Source: Oceanispirochaeta sp.
GTDB taxonomy: Bacteria > Spirochaetota > Spirochaetia > DSM-2461
Length of the DNA stretch: 64,000 nt
NCBI GenBank assembly: GCA_963666275.2
Contig: CAXXOA010000002.1
Location: 448,001 to 512,000 of the forward strand
Reading direction: 5' to 3'
Shown here: positions 60,480 through 64,000 of the stretch, piece by piece
How positions within the stretch are numbered: position 1 is the first letter of the stretch
Layout: every line of letters begins with the position of its first letter
Made by a program: the position numbers and the translations under genes
Notes under the pieces: model-generated
Seen by the model: the letters and a program-made list of their open reading frames with translations, nothing else
What the model was told of the DNA's origin: nothing
The model's database searches: none

Positions 60480-61484
60480 ATGGATAAACTGACTATTCGG
60501 AAACCTGATGATCTGCATCTGCATCTCAGACAGGGTGAGCCCCTAGCCGCGTATGTGCAGGAAACCGCCGCGGCATTTAAAAGGGCACTTGTTATGCCTA
60601 ACACGATTCCCCCTGTCAGCAATGTCGCTATTCTTGAAACCTATAGGAAAGAAATTGAACAGGCCGCTGAGGGATTTGTTCCTCTGATGGCTTTTAAAAT
60701 CCTTCCCGGTATGACCGGGGAGGATGTGGTAAAACTCAAATCCGCCGGTGTTCTTATTGGAAAGTACTATCCTGCAGGAGCTACAACAAATGCCGAAGAC
60801 GGTGTTTCCTCCCCTGACCAGATCAGAGATGTTCTGGCGGCTATGGAACAGGAAGGAATTGTTCTGAGTGTTCACGGAGAGGATCCGGAAGCTCCGGTTC
60901 TGGACCGGGAGGTTCGCTTCTTTCCCCAGCTAGAGCAGATCCTGGGGGATTATCCCCGCTTGAAAGTTGTTTTTGAGCATATTTCCTGCCGTGAAAGCCT
61001 GGATTTCCTCAATACCATGCCCGACCGTCTTGCGGGAACAGTCACGGTTCATCATCTCCTGTATACATTGGAAGATATGATGGGAGGAAGTTTCAACCCC
61101 CACCTGTTCTGTAAACCCGTTGTGAAATCCGGGAAGGACAGAGAGGCGCTGGTCGCGGCGGTCATGTCCGGACATCATCGGCTCTTCTTCGGTTCCGACA
61201 GCGCTCCTCACCCCAGGGAGAGAAAAGAGGCCTCGTCTGTGAGCGCCGGAGTTTTCTCTTCTCCTGTGGTTATGCCTCTGCTTGCGGAGCTTTTTGAAAA
61301 ACAGGGTGCCCTGGATAAGCTGGAGCCTTTTATCAGTATTCTCGGGGCCCGGTTTTACGGTCTTCCCTTGAATGAGGAAAAACTGACTCTTGTGAAAGAG
61401 GCCTGGAAGGTTCCTGAACTGATAGGAGGGGCTGTCCCTCTTCTGGCGGGAAAAGAGCTCTCCTGGAGGGTTCTCCCTTCCTGA
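60480..61484 (+). CDS. pyrC: Dihydroorotase (homodimeric type)
   Basis: PDDLHLHLRQG, VMPN, KYYPAGATTN, FEHIS, FCKPVVK and GSDSAPH. Confidence 0.95.
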   Translation: MDKLTIRKPDDLHLHLRQGEPLAAYVQETAAAFKRALVMPNTIPPVSNVAILETYRKEIEQAAEGFVPLMAFKILPGMTGEDVVKLKSAGVLIGKYYPAGATTNAEDGVSSPDQIRDVLAAMEQEGIVLSVHGEDPEAPVLDREVRFFPQLEQILGDYPRLKVVFEHISCRESLDFLNTMPDRLAGTVTVHHLLYTLEDMMGGSFNPHLFCKPVVKSGKDREALVAAVMSGHHRLFFGSDSAPHPRERKEASSVSAGVFSSPVVMPLLAELFEKQGALDKLEPFISILGARFYGLPLNEEKLTLVKEAWKVPELIGGAVPLLAGKELSWRVLPS

Positions 61485-61508
61485 GGTTTCCATTAAAATG
61501 GGGAAATT

Positions 61509-62255
61509 ATGATTATCATACCAGCAATAGATTTACTGGACGGCAAATGTGTCCGTCTGTTGAAAGGGGACTATAACTCTGTCAGTTCCTACGAAAATGA
61601 TCCGGCTGTCATGGCCGAACAGTTTCAGAATATGGGAGTCAAACGGCTTCATCTGGTTGATCTGGATGCCGCCAGAGGCCAGGGGAAGAATAACCGGCTA
61701 CAGATTCGGGCAATCCGGAAAGTCTTTAATGGACTTATCGAGGTCGGCGGAGGAGTCAGGACCGAAGAGGATATCCGGGAACTCCTGGATGCCGGTGTGG
61801 ACCGTCTTATTGTCGGGACTGTCCTGGCAAAGGATCCGGATCTTGTGGAAAGCTGGATCCGGAAATTCGGACCAGTATTCATAGCCGGGATCGATGCTCT
61901 TGACGGGGAAGTGAAAGTCTCCGGATGGGAGAAGGGAACAGCTCTGGGTGATGAAGATCTGGCTGTGAAATGCCGTCAGATCGGAATAAAAAATATTATC
62001 TATACCAATATAGCCAAAGACGGAACCCTGGAGGGACCTGATCTGGAACGGACCAGCAGGATTGCAGAAGTTTCCGGGCTGGCTGTGACCCTTTCAGGGG
62101 GGATCAGCAGCCAGGACGATGTGGACAGGGTCTGCCGGGACGGTAATGCAGGCATCAAAGGGATCATAACGGGAAAAGCCGTATACGAAGGCCGGATAGA
62201 CATCGGGTCTGCGGTGGAATCCTACCAGAAAGTGAACGAGGAGATTGACTGGTGA
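61509..62255 (+). CDS. hisA: ProFAR isomerase HisA
   Basis: IIPAIDLLDGKCVRL, LHLVDLDAA, VGGGVR, TNIAKDGTLEGPD and SGGISS. Confidence 0.96.
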   Translation: MIIIPAIDLLDGKCVRLLKGDYNSVSSYENDPAVMAEQFQNMGVKRLHLVDLDAARGQGKNNRLQIRAIRKVFNGLIEVGGGVRTEEDIRELLDAGVDRLIVGTVLAKDPDLVESWIRKFGPVFIAGIDALDGEVKVSGWEKGTALGDEDLAVKCRQIGIKNIIYTNIAKDGTLEGPDLERTSRIAEVSGLAVTLSGGISSQDDVDRVCRDGNAGIKGIITGKAVYEGRIDIGSAVESYQKVNEEIDW

Positions 62256-62830
62256 GCGAAGGTGTAAATCTTCCGCTGATAGTGGAAATTGAAGGGGCCT
62301 CAGTAACGGGAGCCCTGATGAACGATAAAAGTTATTCCAAGAGCATTGAGAACAAGGTCCTCTGGGTGAGCCATCCGGAAACAGGACGAATCCTTCCCTA
62401 TAAGGGAGATCCCCGGTTTCTCAGGCTGGAAAAGGCGGAGAATTTCTATAAAGCTCTGCTTCCCGGAGGTTCGGAAGAAAAGGCCTATGATTTTGTCGTC
62501 GATGAACGGGATGTGGAAATTCATGAGGGAGTTGCCACAGCTTCGGATGGAGGAGAAGACAACAGTATCCTTGCCGATCTGACCGCGACCATTGCGGAAA
62601 GGCATCAGCAGATGCCCGAGGGATCCTATACAACCCATCTCTTTCAGAAAGGGCCGGATAAAATCCGGAAGAAAGCGGGTGAGGAAGCCATCGAACTTGT
62701 ACTGGCCCGGTCTAAAGAGGACCTTATCTATGAGTCTGCTGATCTCATATATCACCTCATGGTTCTTCTGGAATCAGAGGGACTGAAAATACAGGATGTT
62801 CTTCTGGAACTGAAAAAACGGCACAGCTGA
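62252..62830 (+). CDS. hisE: Phosphoribosyl-ATP pyrophosphatase with degenerate HisI-like N-terminal domain
   Basis: GSYTTHLF..IRKKAGEEAIE..ESADLIYHLMVLL. GTGA overlap with hisA. Confidence 0.9.
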   Translation: MSEGVNLPLIVEIEGASVTGALMNDKSYSKSIENKVLWVSHPETGRILPYKGDPRFLRLEKAENFYKALLPGGSEEKAYDFVVDERDVEIHEGVATASDGGEDNSILADLTATIAERHQQMPEGSYTTHLFQKGPDKIRKKAGEEAIELVLARSKEDLIYESADLIYHLMVLLESEGLKIQDVLLELKKRHS

Positions 62831-62841
62831 TTGATCTGAAT

Positions 62842-62875
62842 AAAAAAAATACCGCCCTTGAGGCGGTATTTTTTT
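62842..62875. terminator. Bidirectional terminator between hisE and the GltD-like gene
   Basis: A8-TACCGCC-cttga-GGCGGTA-T7. Confidence 0.9.
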
Positions 62876-62887
62876 GGCTCTCTCTGA

Positions 62888-64000
62888 TTACTTCTCTTCC
62901 AGGGCTCTGTTGATAGCCTCTGCGGCCCTGCGTCCGTCTCCCATGGCCAGGATGACCGTGGCGGCTCCCTGGGAGATATCTCCCCCCGCATAGACCATGT
63001 CCAGTGAGGTCTTCTGGTTTTCATCGACCTTGACAGTTCCCCATTCGGTAAACTCCAGCCCCGGGGTTGTCTGTTTGATCAGAGGATTCGAGGCGTTTCC
63101 GATGGCGGGTATGCACACATCCACGGGAATCTCGAACTCACTACCTTCAACGGCTACAGGACGCCTTCTGCCCGAAGCGTCGGGTTCTCCCAGTTCGTAT
63201 TTCAGGCACTCGATGGCCCGTACCCGGCCCTCGTCATCGCCCAGGATCCGCACAGGGTTGGTGAGCATATTAAAAATCACGCCCTCTTCCCGGGCATGAT
63301 GCACCTCTTCCACACGGGCGGGCATCTCTTTCTCGGTCCGGCGGTAGATGATATGAACCTCTTCGGCTCCCAGACGGACCGCTGTTCTGGCTGCATCCAT
63401 GGCCACATTGCCCCCGCCGAAAACGGCCACACGGGTCCCCTTGTAGATGGGGGTTTCCGAATTGCTGTCATCGTAGGCTTTCATCAGGTTCGACCGGGTC
63501 AGGTATTCGTTGGCCGAAAAGACCCCCACCAGGTTCTCGCCCTCAATGTGCATAAACTTGGGTAGTCCCGCTCCCGAGGATATATAGACCGCATCATAGC
63601 CGTCCTTCTCCATCAGGTCTTTCAGTTTTCTGGTCCGGCCCACCAGGAAGTTGGTTTCGATCTCAACGCCCATCTCCCTGAGGCCCTGAACCTCCAGGTC
63701 CACAATCTCCTTGGGCAGACGGAATTCGGGGATTCCGTAAACTGTTACGCCGCCGGGTTTGTGGAAGGCCTCGAAAATGGTGACCCCGTGGCCGGCCTTT
63801 CTCAGGTCCGCCGCGGCGGTCAGTCCAGAAGGCCCGCTGCCGATAATGGCCACTTTCTTTCCTGTTTCGCACGCAATCTGTACGGAAGGCTTTTCGCCGT
63901 TCTCCCGCTCCCGGTCCGCCAGGAACCGTTCGATCCGGCCGATGGCCACCGACTTTTCCGGATCCTTAAGGATCTTGCCCAGGGTGCACTGTTCCATGCA
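62888..64000 (-). CDS. NADPH-dependent glutamate synthase small-subunit-like oxidoreductase (GltD/SudA/NfnB family), 5' part outside the window
   Basis: IGRIERF, IIGSGPSGL, YGIPEFRLPK, GGGNVAMDAAR, YRRT and AGGDI..GAATVILAMGDG. Confidence 0.92.
   Translation of the reverse strand, partial: CMEQCTLGKILKDPEKSVAIGRIERFLADRERENGEKPSVQIACETGKKVAIIGSGPSGLTAAADLRKAGHGVTIFEAFHKPGGVTVYGIPEFRLPKEIVDLEVQGLREMGVEIETNFLVGRTRKLKDLMEKDGYDAVYISSGAGLPKFMHIEGENLVGVFSANEYLTRSNLMKAYDDSNSETPIYKGTRVAVFGGGNVAMDAARTAVRLGAEEVHIIYRRTEKEMPARVEEVHHAREEGVIFNMLTNPVRILGDDEGRVRAIECLKYELGEPDASGRRRPVAVEGSEFEIPVDVCIPAIGNASNPLIKQTTPGLEFTEWGTVKVDENQKTSLDMVYAGGDISQGAATVILAMGDGRRAAEAINRALEEK

Overview
Core chromosomal replication-origin region of a free-living spirochete (Spirochaetales/Spirochaetaceae-like; inferred from gene order, spirochete-type hypothetical proteins and tRNA-Arg(GCG)). 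The centre is gyrA-gyrB <- / -> dnaA-oriC-dnaN-recF-dciA-rpmH-rnpA-yidD-yidC-jag. It is flanked by parA-parB with two perfect parS sites, and by a tRNA(Ser,Ser,Arg,Ser)-SRP RNA-dnaX-ybaB-recR unit. Housekeeping and metabolic genes include uvrC, murA, thrC, an aspartate kinase, ctpA, rsmE, lgt, proS, lysA, pyrC, hisA, hisE and a partial GltD-like oxidoreductase. I saw no mobile elements, prophage, CRISPR or rRNA, and no clearly new multi-gene system. The most notable signals are cis-acting: (1) dnaX is split at an A12 run followed by a perfect 11-bp hairpin, so the long tau-like form needs a -1 frameshift or slippage; (2) two satellite DnaA-box arrays with ~11-bp pitch lie in convergent intergenic gaps about 6 kb and 10 kb from oriC, one interleaved with parS; (3) DnaA-trio repeats sit in the dnaA-dnaN spacer; (4) many genes appear leaderless; (5) a sigma-54 promoter with candidate enhancer palindromes is present, plus an HTH-less sigma-54 activator; (6) several enzymes have degenerate catalytic motifs. 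All family assignments come from motif recognition by eye, not database searches.
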